DNA from: Thermoproteota archaeon
GTDB taxonomy: Archaea > Korarchaeota > Korarchaeia > Korarchaeales > Korarchaeaceae
Assembly: GCA_027491395.1 (NCBI GenBank)
Contig: JAOZFI010000025.1
Coordinates: forward strand, 1 to 51,623
Direction: 5' to 3'
DNA: 51,623 nt
Shown: positions 19,955-29,052 of the stretch, piece after piece
Numbering within the stretch: the first letter of the stretch is position 1
Layout of the letters: each line of letters opens with the position of its first letter
Program-made: the position numbers and the translations under genes
The notes under the pieces: model-generated
What the model saw: only the letters and a program-made list of their open reading frames with translations
Database searches by the model: none
Told to the model about the DNA's origin: nothing

Positions 19955-20382
19955 AGGAGCCCCCTTATCCTCTCAGCTATCCTCTCCGAGATCTTTCTGT
20001 AAGGCTCTGGATTGCCCTCTTCATCCCACTTCACTCCGGGGCACGAGAGGGAGACCAGGATGAAGTCGTCACCCACTATGAACGGGTACCTCCGGCAGGT
20101 GTCGGGACGGTGCTCGTAAGCGACGCAGCGATTCCCCTCTAGAAAGATGCAGGAGCCGTCTTCCTTCATCTTCATCTTGTAAGGAGCGCCGGTAAGCTCC
20201 CTCTCCAGATCGGTCGTGGGCTCGTAGAAGTCCCGGTAGCCTGCCCCTTCCAGCCTCCTTACATCCTCCTCGTACAGGACTATCACCCTGTTCCTGCAGC
20301 ATTCCCCGCACAGCGTGCAGGCGAAGCCTGGCATTTTCTCCACTTTAACGTAGTCGGAGACCACCACCTCCACGGACATCAC
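19951..20382 (-). CDS. YkgJ family cysteine-cluster protein
   Basis: CTLCGECC...CIFL...C..Y..RPDTCRRYPF. Confidence 0.9.
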   Translation of the reverse strand: MMSVEVVVSDYVKVEKMPGFACTLCGECCRNRVIVLYEEDVRRLEGAGYRDFYEPTTDLERELTGAPYKMKMKEDGSCIFLEGNRCVAYEHRPDTCRRYPFIVGDDFILVSLSCPGVKWDEEGNPEPYRKISERIAERIRGLL

Positions 20383-20917
20383 CCAGCAGTCGGGAGATGA
20401 CGAAGCACCCAGTGCTCCTGAGGGTCTTGCTCACGTTTCCCTTGCTTACCCCATACCTTCTCGCTATCTCCTCTATCTTATCCCCGAACCATATCCTCCT
20501 TAAGCAGTAGGCGACCCTCTTCTCCGGCATCTCCGCGAGCACAGTCATGGAGAGGGCTGCCACGTATATATTCCTCTCGTCTTCGAGGTCGGCACCTCCC
20601 CCCACCTCTAGGTCCAGCACGGAAACTCTGCCTCCCTTCGAGCCCAGCCTCTCCAAGGCAGATCTAGCGCTCCAGAAAGCGGGACCATCGCACTCGTCCG
20701 CGAACTCCCTGATGAGGTGAACGCTTCCCGCTCCCAGTCTAACCCTGAACCTGAGATTCGAGGCGAGGGAGAAGTGGAAGAAGAAGGTGAGCGGGCGCCA
20801 GTCCTTGGTCAGGAATTCGACACTATCGCCAGCGGTCAGTGCCGGTCTGGCAGCCAGCCACTGGCCCCCATCGCCCCTCCACTGGTCCATGCCCCTCCTT
20901 ATGATCCCCCTGATCAC
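20345..20917 (-). CDS. SatD-like protein, probably N-terminally truncated
   Basis: TAGDSVE, DGPAFWSARSALE and a C-terminal HTH (IEEIARRYGVSKGNVSKTL). The usual N-terminal GD-containing strand is absent. Confidence 0.6.
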   Translation of the reverse strand: MIRGIIRRGMDQWRGDGGQWLAARPALTAGDSVEFLTKDWRPLTFFFHFSLASNLRFRVRLGAGSVHLIREFADECDGPAFWSARSALERLGSKGGRVSVLDLEVGGGADLEDERNIYVAALSMTVLAEMPEKRVAYCLRRIWFGDKIEEIARRYGVSKGNVSKTLRSTGCFVISRLLGDVRGGGGLRLR

Positions 20918-21222
20918 CTCAGCCCTATCAGACGCGCGCCCAACTCAGATATAAGGCTGTGAGGGAGCAACACGACGCTGAGATAGGCGAGCAGATGCGA
21001 AGCGATCATTCGGGGTTCCACAATGGGGGGCTCCTTGAAACAGGAGTAGGAGAACCAGTGAGAGGAGACTGGCGAGCAGGATCAAGACTTTCCGTACCTG
21101 AGCCTAGGAACCCCGTGTCGCATCACCGACCGGAGTTTACTTAAAAGGTAAACTGAGAGTTAGGTTCACCTCACAGGTGAAATCACGGGCAGCCTTATTA
21201 CAAACACCCGGCACTCGCCCCT

Positions 21223-22173
21223 ATGGATCTTGAGAAGGAAAGATTGACCGTCGGTCACAGGCCCGACGGCTCCGAGGTGAGCCTCCCGGTAGTCAGGGTG
21301 CAGGGGTCTTCCAGAGGACCTAGGCTTCTCATTGCACTGAGCGTCCACGGGGACGAGATCACTGGTCACAAATCGGTGTGGTACCTGCTGGATTACCTCA
21401 GAAAGGCGACCGACCTCAAGGGAGAGCTGACCATTATCTCCCTGGTAAACGTTGAGGGCTTCAACTACTCCATCAGGGGCTTCCCCTACTCCACCTTGGA
21501 CCTGAACAGGATGTTCCCTGGAGATGGGAGAGGCTCCCTACCCGAACGAATCACCGCTAAGGTCTGGTCCCTAGCTTCCAAGGCCGATTTCGTCCTCGAT
21601 GTACACACCGCGGGCCTCTGCATTCCCTTCGTCCTGATACACCCAGCTGAGCCCCTCATAAGGGACTTCATGGAGGATGTGGCCTACGCCAGCGGCCTGA
21701 CTCCCCTCTACAATTACGATCCCGAGCTCTACGACAGGATAGGGTTGGGAAGGTCGTTGAGCGGCACTTCTGTCAGGAACGGCACCCCAGCGCTCACTTT
21801 AGAGCTGCCGGGGTTCGTGGGGATAGACCAGCTGGGAGCCAGGGCGGGCTTCATAGCCCTGAAGAATGTGATGGTCAAGCTGGGGATGCTCGATGGGGAT
21901 TACGAGGAAGTGGACTTCCTCCCGGTGATCAGGAGGAGGGGGATGAAGAGGGTGAAGGTGAGCGCGGGGTCAGCCGGTTTGCTCGACTACACTGTCGAGC
22001 TGGGGGAGGAGGTGTTCAAGGGCCAGCTCCTAGCCAAGGTGAGAGATCCATTCGGAGATGTCTTGGAAGAGGTCAGGGCTCCTGAAGACGGCTTCGTTGT
22101 TCAGATAAACGGGTTTTACAGGACCTTCACCGGTGGCAAGGTGGCGACCCTGGCGGTGGAAACTGGGGGCTGA
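21223..22173 (+). CDS. Succinylglutamate desuccinylase/aspartoacylase family (M14-like) protein
   Basis: VHGDE, DLNRMFPG and LDVHT motifs; C-terminal biotinyl-lipoyl-like hairpin. Confidence 0.9.
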   Translation: MDLEKERLTVGHRPDGSEVSLPVVRVQGSSRGPRLLIALSVHGDEITGHKSVWYLLDYLRKATDLKGELTIISLVNVEGFNYSIRGFPYSTLDLNRMFPGDGRGSLPERITAKVWSLASKADFVLDVHTAGLCIPFVLIHPAEPLIRDFMEDVAYASGLTPLYNYDPELYDRIGLGRSLSGTSVRNGTPALTLELPGFVGIDQLGARAGFIALKNVMVKLGMLDGDYEEVDFLPVIRRRGMKRVKVSAGSAGLLDYTVELGEEVFKGQLLAKVRDPFGDVLEEVRAPEDGFVVQINGFYRTFTGGKVATLAVETGG

Positions 22174-22246
22174 GTTATAGGAGAGGAATAGGTGCGCATT
22201 ACATTCGAGGGCATGCCTATTTTTCCCCTCACCTCCCTATGGGGAG

Positions 22247-24895
22247 ATGCGCAGGGCCTGGCCTCTACTACTGATATTCCTGCTTTCCACCGTGGCATCA
22301 GCAGCGATGCCCACTAACGAGTGGCAAGCGCACACTAACCTCTTCTCAGGTACTGGTGCTCTGAGAGATGGAGGGGCCGTCCTGTTCCTTCATCAGGGGC
22401 TCATAAGCGAGCCAGAAGGACGACTAGAGGTGGTGAGGTTCGCCGGTAAAAACGCGGTGCTCACCTCTTCTAAGGGGATCATCTACTACTTGGATGACTT
22501 CAAGGCCGTGAAGATGGTCAACGCCTGCGCCGGGAGGGTGGTCAAGATGGCCCACGCCTCCACACCGCGTGGAGGAGTGACTTACGCCCTTTGCTGGAAG
22601 CCCAACGACAATGTGGTCTCGGCCGTTACGATATTCGATGGAGCAACTGGGGTGAAGTGGTTCTCCCTCATGAGGCCTTCCAGATACAGCGAGGAGACGG
22701 GGTTCAAGTGGGCTGATTACAGGACCGACTTCCCGTGCAGCGTGGAGCCAGCCTCCCCTCTGGTCGCGGATATGGACGGGGACGGCTACGACGAGGCCGT
22801 GTGGTTTCTCGATGGCAGCCTCTTCTACGTTGACTCTCCCCTCTCGGACCCCAACAGGACCCTCATAAGCGAGACTCCGAGAGGTTTCGCATACGGTGAC
22901 GTGACAGGCGACGGGAGAAAGGAAGTGGTCATCACAACCCCCACCGAGATAATGACCTGGCAGCCCGGCGGGAGGCCAGCGGTATACTCCAAATACGGGT
23001 GCACCTCCGACCCCGTGTTGGCCGATCTGGATGGTGACGGCGTCAGAGAAGTGAGCTGTCTATACAGAAGCTCCCTAGTGGCCGTCGACGGGGACAGATT
23101 ACTTCTCAGGACCAACAACGTCGCCACCCTGCCGGCCGCCGGGGACTTAAACGGCGACGGGCTCTCGGACCTAGTGTACGTGACTAGCGACGGCACGCTG
23201 ACTGCGAGATCCATTAAGGGAGTCCTCTGGACCTTCAAGGTGCAGAAGCCCTTCTTCACTCCAGCCATAGGCGATATAGACGGGGATTACTCGCCGGAGG
23301 TGGTGATTGGGGCGGGTCAGTACCTGCGCGTTCTGACGTCCAAGGGGGAGGAGGAATGGAGGGAGAACCTCAGGGAGCCTGATGCCTGGGCGTCCGGTGG
23401 GGAGATAACCCTCACCACGTACGTGAGATATGAGGCAAAGACCTCCCCGATTCTCTATGATTTCGATGGCGACGGGCTACTGGAGATCCTGCTAGGGATA
23501 GGGGCTTACTTGGAACAGGGGAGGATAGTGGTGGTGGACGACACGAGGGGCATGGGCAATCCCCCCGTCGTGGAGATCCTGAGCCCAGCAAACTACAGCA
23601 GGGTGGGTAGCGAGGTCGAGCTCACCTTCACTGTCAGCGACGACCTCTCTCCGGTGCTCCCCACCAAGGTCTATAGACTGGTGGGAGGTGAGTGGATAGA
23701 GGAGTGGGCCGGTGAGGTGAGGTCCAGGGAGAGCGTCCAGCTGACGGTGCCCTCAGCTGACGAGCTTAAGGTGGAGGCGACAGACGGTTCTCTCAGGAGC
23801 GCCGCGATACTCAAGCTGAAGGTCGATGTCAAGGCGCCTCAGCTGGTGATAGAGCCCAAGAACATGTCGAGGATAGGACCGGGCACCAACATCACCGTGA
23901 GGATGGTGGCTCCCATCAATGAATACGCCTTCCTGACCGTCTACCACGGCACGGGTCCGGGAGGGCAGTGGGTGAAGATGATCGACAGGAGGAGGATCTG
24001 GAAGACCACCAAGCTGGAGATAGACGTGACGCCCATAGTGGAGAAGGTTGAGGGCTACCACTGCTTCAAGTTCGTGCTGGAGGACGCGCTGGGCAACCTG
24101 CAGGAGGTGGTGATGAGGTACAGGATAGAGAAGGGAGGAGGGGAGAGAAGGGTAGCGAGGGTCGGGGAGGTGGAACTCTCAATCTCGGCCCCCAAGGTCC
24201 CCGTGTCCAAGAGCGTCAACATCAGCTGGACCCTAGCGGGAGTAAATACAGCATCTCTGTACTACGGGAAGGGCTTGGACTGGACCCTCCTGAAGGAGGT
24301 GGAGGGGAACGGCACATTGGAGTGGGATGTCTCATCGCTGGAGGACGGGACATACTACCTCAAGCTCGAATCAGGGAATGTGTCGGTCACTACCCAAGTG
24401 AAGGTGGACAACACGCCCCCTAATGTGGAGATAACGGCTGACAGGACCTCTCTCATGGTCAACGAGACAACTGTGCTAACGGTGAGGACTGACGCGGTGA
24501 AACTGTACTGGGATCTGGACGGCGACGGAAGGTTCGAGACCCTTGGGCCCAATGTAGCGAGAGTGGTAGCGAGGGAGCCGGGGAAGATGACCGTAAATGT
24601 GATGGGAGTGGATGAGGCCAACAACTCTAAGATCGCGAGCATAACGCTGGAGGTGAAGGCTCAGCAACGGAGAGAGGTTAAGGAGTCCACGACAACCCCA
24701 AATCAGGAGCTCAGCAGAACGGAGAGCTGGACCGAGAGACTGATGGGGCTGTTCGGGAAGGTTCACTTGGGCCCCGAACTCCTGATCCCGCCCCTGGTCC
24801 TCCTCCTCTTGGTGTCAGTCGTGAGGGCGAGAGCAAAGGCTAAGAAGAAGAGGAAGAGGGTCAGGAGGGTGGTCAATCCTTGGAGATCGGTGTGA
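22247..24895 (+). CDS. Membrane-anchored surface protein with FG-GAP/VCBS-like repeats and Ig-like domains
   Basis: Signal peptide, repeated DxDGDG motifs (DMDGDG, DVTGDG, DLDGDG, DLNGDG, DIDGD, DFDGDG), VDNTPP, and a C-terminal TM with basic tail. Confidence 0.85.
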   Translation: MRRAWPLLLIFLLSTVASAAMPTNEWQAHTNLFSGTGALRDGGAVLFLHQGLISEPEGRLEVVRFAGKNAVLTSSKGIIYYLDDFKAVKMVNACAGRVVKMAHASTPRGGVTYALCWKPNDNVVSAVTIFDGATGVKWFSLMRPSRYSEETGFKWADYRTDFPCSVEPASPLVADMDGDGYDEAVWFLDGSLFYVDSPLSDPNRTLISETPRGFAYGDVTGDGRKEVVITTPTEIMTWQPGGRPAVYSKYGCTSDPVLADLDGDGVREVSCLYRSSLVAVDGDRLLLRTNNVATLPAAGDLNGDGLSDLVYVTSDGTLTARSIKGVLWTFKVQKPFFTPAIGDIDGDYSPEVVIGAGQYLRVLTSKGEEEWRENLREPDAWASGGEITLTTYVRYEAKTSPILYDFDGDGLLEILLGIGAYLEQGRIVVVDDTRGMGNPPVVEILSPANYSRVGSEVELTFTVSDDLSPVLPTKVYRLVGGEWIEEWAGEVRSRESVQLTVPSADELKVEATDGSLRSAAILKLKVDVKAPQLVIEPKNMSRIGPGTNITVRMVAPINEYAFLTVYHGTGPGGQWVKMIDRRRIWKTTKLEIDVTPIVEKVEGYHCFKFVLEDALGNLQEVVMRYRIEKGGGERRVARVGEVELSISAPKVPVSKSVNISWTLAGVNTASLYYGKGLDWTLLKEVEGNGTLEWDVSSLEDGTYYLKLESGNVSVTTQVKVDNTPPNVEITADRTSLMVNETTVLTVRTDAVKLYWDLDGDGRFETLGPNVARVVAREPGKMTVNVMGVDEANNSKIASITLEVKAQQRREVKESTTTPNQELSRTESWTERLMGLFGKVHLGPELLIPPLVLLLLVSVVRARAKAKKKRKRVRRVVNPWRSV

Positions 24896-25545
24896 GGGAC
24901 GAGGCCGCTTCCCTGGGCATCTTCATAGCCTACGCCTCGGTCGAGGGGGTGAAGGTGGCTCCAACCACCGACGACTCCTTCATGAGGGAGGCGGCTGAGG
25001 AGTTGAGGTCCAAGTACACGCTCCAGAGCCTCAAGGAGGATCCGGTCGTGAGGGCCTACAGGGACTTCTACTGGAGGATAGGTATCGATCCCACCAAGAC
25101 TAGGCCCAGCAGCGAGGCCATGGTGAGGAGGGTCCTCAAAGGGAGGCACTTTCCCAAGATAAACAACGTGGTGGACGCGGGAAACGTGGCGAGCGCCCTA
25201 ACCCTAGTGCCTATAGGCCTCTACGACTTGGACAGGATCAGCGGGAAGTTGGAGATCAGGTTAGCGAGGGAGGGCGAGATATTCCGCCCGATAGGGGGAG
25301 GTGAGGAGGTACTGAGGGGCGGAGAGCCCGTCATCGCCGACGAGGAGGAAGTCCTCTTTCTCTACCCCCACAGGGACAGTAGGAAGACCATGATCACCGA
25401 GTCCACAACTAGAGTGCTCGTGGTAGGGGCCGGCGTCCCGGGTGTGGAGGTCCCGAGGGTTAGGAGAGCTGCGAACCTGTCCGTGGACCTGATAATCAGA
25501 AACGCTGGTGGTAGAAGGGCTAGCGAGACGAGGCTAGCTCCCTGA
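24880..25545 (+). CDS. B3/4 domain protein (PheRS beta editing-like)
   Basis: AYRDFYWRIGIDPTKTRPSSEA, INNVVD and GLYDLD motifs. Confidence 0.9.
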   Translation: MEIGVRDEAASLGIFIAYASVEGVKVAPTTDDSFMREAAEELRSKYTLQSLKEDPVVRAYRDFYWRIGIDPTKTRPSSEAMVRRVLKGRHFPKINNVVDAGNVASALTLVPIGLYDLDRISGKLEIRLAREGEIFRPIGGGEEVLRGGEPVIADEEEVLFLYPHRDSRKTMITESTTRVLVVGAGVPGVEVPRVRRAANLSVDLIIRNAGGRRASETRLAP

Positions 25546-25804
25546 TGGTGTCGATGATCTCGTCAATTTCCACCCCTATCAGTTCAGTGCCCTTCAGGAC
25601 CTCCCTCACCACTCCCTCCACCTCCTCGGCCTTCTTACCCACCAGTGACTTCTCGAGCTCCTCTATGATCTGTGGTGGGAAGGCCATGAAGTCACCCGAT
25701 ATCACAAGTTGAGAGATCCTATCCTCCTCAACATCTAAAATCACCTCTAGGGTCTTTCCAGACCTCGATCTCACTACCTTCCTCATCATCTCCTGAAATT
25801 CCAC
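25520..25804 (-). CDS. lplB: Lipoate-protein ligase accessory subunit (stand-alone C-terminal domain)
   Basis: ISGDFMAFP...IEELEKSLVG; overlaps lplA. Confidence 0.8.
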   Translation of the reverse strand: MEFQEMMRKVVRSRSGKTLEVILDVEEDRISQLVISGDFMAFPPQIIEELEKSLVGKKAEEVEGVVREVLKGTELIGVEIDEIIDTIRELASSR

Positions 25805-26517
25805 CTCCTACTCCTGTATTTCTCCTCCAGCTCTTGCACGTGCCTCCATTCCTCCTCCGTCAGATCCCCTTCCCCCATCTCCCCAAGGAAGGAGAAGGAG
25901 TCGATAGCAGCTTTTAACACCTCCTCGAACCTGACATCTCTGCCAAGCTCCTTACTGATGGTGGTCACCCTCTCAAGGACGCTCCCCAAACCCTTATCAG
26001 ATAGTTTCTCTCTGGGCGGGGATATGAGCCTAGCGAGGGTCTCCAAGTCAGTGTCGTACATTATGGTGCCGTGTTGCAACAGAGCACCGCCCTCTCTCGT
26101 CTGGGCACTGCCCGATACCTTTCTCCCCCCGATCAGGACGTCGTTGACGCCTGCGAACTGGGGTTCAAGTCCGAACCTCCTCACCACACCCATCACTCCT
26201 TCGCACAGGTACCTGAAGCTCTGCCTCACATCCTTGGGGAACAGATCCAAGGGACCAGCGACTGAGTAGGTGAGCTCACCCCTCTCATCGTGGTAGACTG
26301 CTCCTCCGCCAGTGATTCTCCTTACCACGGACACGCCGAGCATCTCAGCCTCCTTCAGGTTTACGGAGCTCTCAACCCTTTGGAAGTAACCTATCGTCAC
26401 CGCGCTCGGCTTGAACCTGTAGAACCGTACAGTCGGGATGCGAGACCTGAGTAAGGCCTCGTCGACGGCCATGTTGAGGGCCGCATCCCCTTCGAGTCGG
26501 AGGAGCCTCCACCTCAC
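25786..26517 (-). CDS. lplA: Lipoate-protein ligase catalytic subunit
   Basis: NMAVDEA, RRITGGGAVYHD, KVSGSAQ and LQHGT motifs. Confidence 0.92.
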   Translation of the reverse strand: MRWRLLRLEGDAALNMAVDEALLRSRIPTVRFYRFKPSAVTIGYFQRVESSVNLKEAEMLGVSVVRRITGGGAVYHDERGELTYSVAGPLDLFPKDVRQSFRYLCEGVMGVVRRFGLEPQFAGVNDVLIGGRKVSGSAQTREGGALLQHGTIMYDTDLETLARLISPPREKLSDKGLGSVLERVTTISKELGRDVRFEEVLKAAIDSFSFLGEMGEGDLTEEEWRHVQELEEKYRSRRWNFRR

Positions 26518-27341
26518 TCCCTAACACCCCTCATGAGGTGCCATCCCATGTACTTTATCCTCCTGATCTCTCCCTCCAAGAAGCGCTGGAAGATCTCCGC
26601 TTGGCTCAGGCCCTCCAGCGCTCCAACATCTCCATCCGTTATGAGTTCCTCATAGGTAGGCGATGAAGCGAGCAGACCCAAGAGGAGGATGAGTCCCTCT
26701 CCCGGCTCCAGCACGAAGAGTCGACCCCAAGTCCGCCCCCACAGCCCCGATATTCCACCCTTCAAGCCTGCAAGCTCCAGCCATCTTTCAGTGATGAGGT
26801 AGCCCTCGTCTGGGAACTCGCCCATTCCCGGGTACAGTATACCCGACCTGAGTACATTCTCCGCCACTATGAGGTAGCCATCCCTCACCCTCTCGAGGGG
26901 AGTAATCACATCTCCCAGATCCAGTAAGGATTTGAGCTCCGAGTTCAGTCTCTCCACTAGCTCCAAGCTGGAGGGGCTGTAGGAGGAGTAGGCGTCGCTG
27001 CTCATGGTGGCCGTTACCAGCACCCTGCCTATTGAGACCAGCTTGGCCATACCGCCCCTCGTCGGCGCCAGCAGGGCCACTATCGATCCCCTAGGGACCT
27101 CGAAGACCCCTGCTCTCTTCAATCTCCTGTCACTGGCCGTGAGCTCCTCCCCGGTGAGGCCTATCAGGGTTAGGGATCCCAGCACGAGGGGATCCATCCT
27201 CTTCCTTCCGTCCTCCTCGAGGGCATCTGGAGGCAAGGAGCTGAGGATTACCATGGCTTCATCGGGGCTAATCCTTCCACCTCTTGACTTGACACAGTGG
27301 ACCAATATACCCTTTGCTTTCCCAAATCGGGTTAGAATCAC
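26514..27341 (-). CDS. Hypothetical protein
   Basis: 275-aa ORF with host-like codon usage and a 4-nt overlap with lplA; no motif recognised. Confidence 0.7.
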   Translation of the reverse strand: MILTRFGKAKGILVHCVKSRGGRISPDEAMVILSSLPPDALEEDGRKRMDPLVLGSLTLIGLTGEELTASDRRLKRAGVFEVPRGSIVALLAPTRGGMAKLVSIGRVLVTATMSSDAYSSYSPSSLELVERLNSELKSLLDLGDVITPLERVRDGYLIVAENVLRSGILYPGMGEFPDEGYLITERWLELAGLKGGISGLWGRTWGRLFVLEPGEGLILLLGLLASSPTYEELITDGDVGALEGLSQAEIFQRFLEGEIRRIKYMGWHLMRGVRE

Positions 27342-27383
27342 AAGAGTTATATTTCAGCATCTCTAATCTAACGCAGTTATGAG

Positions 27384-27827
27384 GTGATCTATTTGGTTGC
27401 CGCTGGTAAGGCAAGTGATAAGTTGAAGAGCCTCCTGAATCAGGCAATAGCTAGGGAGATACAGGTATCGATCCAGTACATGTGGCAGCATGTTCAGACC
27501 ACGGGCCCCCTCCATCACCTGCTAGCCGACGAGCTGAAGAAGGTGGCCATTGAGGAGATGAAGCACGCAGAGCAAATTGCTGAGAGACTCTGGTACCTCG
27601 GAGGCACTCCTACCACGGCGCCTAGTCCCATCTTCGTGGGTGAGAACCTGAAGGAGATGATGGAGAGGGATGTTAAGGACGAAGAGGAAGCCATAGAACT
27701 CTACAAGGAGATAATAAGGGTAGCTAATGAGGAGGGCGATATAACGACTGCAAGGCTTTTTAGGAAGATATTGGAGGATGAAGAGGAGCATCATGATTTC
27801 TTCACCACTGTGCTGGAGGGTCTGTGA
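27384..27827 (+). CDS. Ferritin-like (bacterioferritin/rubrerythrin-type di-iron) protein
   Basis: E...QY, EEMKH, E..AI.LY and DEEEH di-iron ligands. Confidence 0.9.
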   Translation: MIYLVAAGKASDKLKSLLNQAIAREIQVSIQYMWQHVQTTGPLHHLLADELKKVAIEEMKHAEQIAERLWYLGGTPTTAPSPIFVGENLKEMMERDVKDEEEAIELYKEIIRVANEEGDITTARLFRKILEDEEEHHDFFTTVLEGL

Positions 27828-27830
27828 GAG

Positions 27831-28229
27831 GTGGATGAGGAGGTGATGTATATGGTAGAGAGGTTCGGTGATATGATACGGACTGCCTCTCACGAGGAGG
27901 AGGCCACTAGAGAGAAGCATACTCCCTTCATAGAGGCCCCTGATACCGTGAAGGCTGGAGAGGAATTCGAGGTCACAGTTATAGTGGGTAAGGAGGTGCC
28001 CCATCCCAACAAGTGGGAGCACCACATCAAGTGGATCCAAGTCTTCGTGGAGGAGGAAGGCAGACCTTACAACCCCGTTCACGTCGCAACCTTCGACATG
28101 GGCCCGACCTATGGGGAACCCAAAGCGAAGTTCAGGATGAAGCTCCAGAAGAACTCCAAGCTCTGGGTGATAAGCTACTGCAATCTCCACGGTCTATGGG
28201 AGGCCTCCAAGGAGATCAAGGTCCAGTGA
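27831..28229 (+). CDS. sor: Superoxide reductase (neelaredoxin / class II SORL)
   Basis: EKHTP, HPNKWEHHIKWI and CNLHG motifs. Confidence 0.92.
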   Translation: MDEEVMYMVERFGDMIRTASHEEEATREKHTPFIEAPDTVKAGEEFEVTVIVGKEVPHPNKWEHHIKWIQVFVEEEGRPYNPVHVATFDMGPTYGEPKAKFRMKLQKNSKLWVISYCNLHGLWEASKEIKVQ

Positions 28230-28279
28230 TTCACGAATCCTCCATCATCTTTTTATTGGATTTACCACCTCCATAAGAT

Positions 28280-28744
28280 GTGTCCATCATGCTAACCTCT
28301 GAGTTAGATGTGCGAATCGATGCTAAGGACAGGCATATCTTGGAGTATCTGTTGGCTAACGGTAGGATGTCCCTGAAGGAGATAGGGAAAAAGCTGGGGA
28401 TAAGCGACGTCGCAGTTAGGAAGAGGATCAAGAAGCTGGAGAGGGCCGGGATAATCAGGGGGTACACGGTCAAGGTCAATCCCTCTGCCTTGGGGTACAC
28501 GGTAGTCTCCCTCACCGGCGTGGATGTGGAGCCGGGCGATCTGATAAGGGTGGCTAGGGAACTGACCAGTAGAGAGTACGTCAAGTCTGCCTGGATCACC
28601 GCTGGAGACCACTCCATCATGCTGGAGATCTGGGCTAGGGACAGCAAGGAGATGGATGAGATATTAGCTGAGATCTCAAAGATGAAGGGGGTTACGAGGG
28701 TCTGCCCTGCAGTCGTAACCCAAAGACTGAAGTCCCGGTGCTAA
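28280..28744 (+). CDS. Lrp/AsnC family transcriptional regulator (LrpA-like)
   Basis: HTH IGKKLGISDVAVRKRIKKLE..GII plus a RAM domain. Confidence 0.92.
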   Translation: MSIMLTSELDVRIDAKDRHILEYLLANGRMSLKEIGKKLGISDVAVRKRIKKLERAGIIRGYTVKVNPSALGYTVVSLTGVDVEPGDLIRVARELTSREYVKSAWITAGDHSIMLEIWARDSKEMDEILAEISKMKGVTRVCPAVVTQRLKSRC

Positions 28745-28758
28745 CTCCAATAGCCAAG

Positions 28759-29016
28759 TTAGAGCACCTTCCCCCCTCTCTTGTGCGTGTAAAGGACTAC
28801 TACTGAGTGGGTTGCCTCGACCCCTTCCACCTTCAGCAGCTTATCCTTCAGGAACTTCCTGAACTCCACGGTGTTCTCAGCCTCTACCACCGCTACCACA
28901 TCGAATTCGCCGGTCACCTCGTACAGGTCCACGACCTCGGGATACTCCTTCAGGGCCTCGGTGACCTTGTCCAAGAGCTTGCTCTCCACCCTTATGCTCA
29001 CGATCACTAAGGTCAT
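28759..29016 (-). CDS. Stand-alone Lrp/AsnC ligand-binding (RAM) domain protein
   Basis: YEVTGEFDVVA...VEGVEATHS; no HTH. Confidence 0.88.
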   Translation of the reverse strand: MTLVIVSIRVESKLLDKVTEALKEYPEVVDLYEVTGEFDVVAVVEAENTVEFRKFLKDKLLKVEGVEATHSVVVLYTHKRGGKVL

Positions 29017-29052
29017 GTCATCCCCACCCTCCTCATCTCACCTCATCCCATC

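Noticed and set aside
22760-23480. Recurring GAC/GGC-rich repeats
   Set aside because: They are explained by protein-level DxDGDG repeats. There are no identical DNA repeats with unique spacers, so this is neither CRISPR nor a DGR template.
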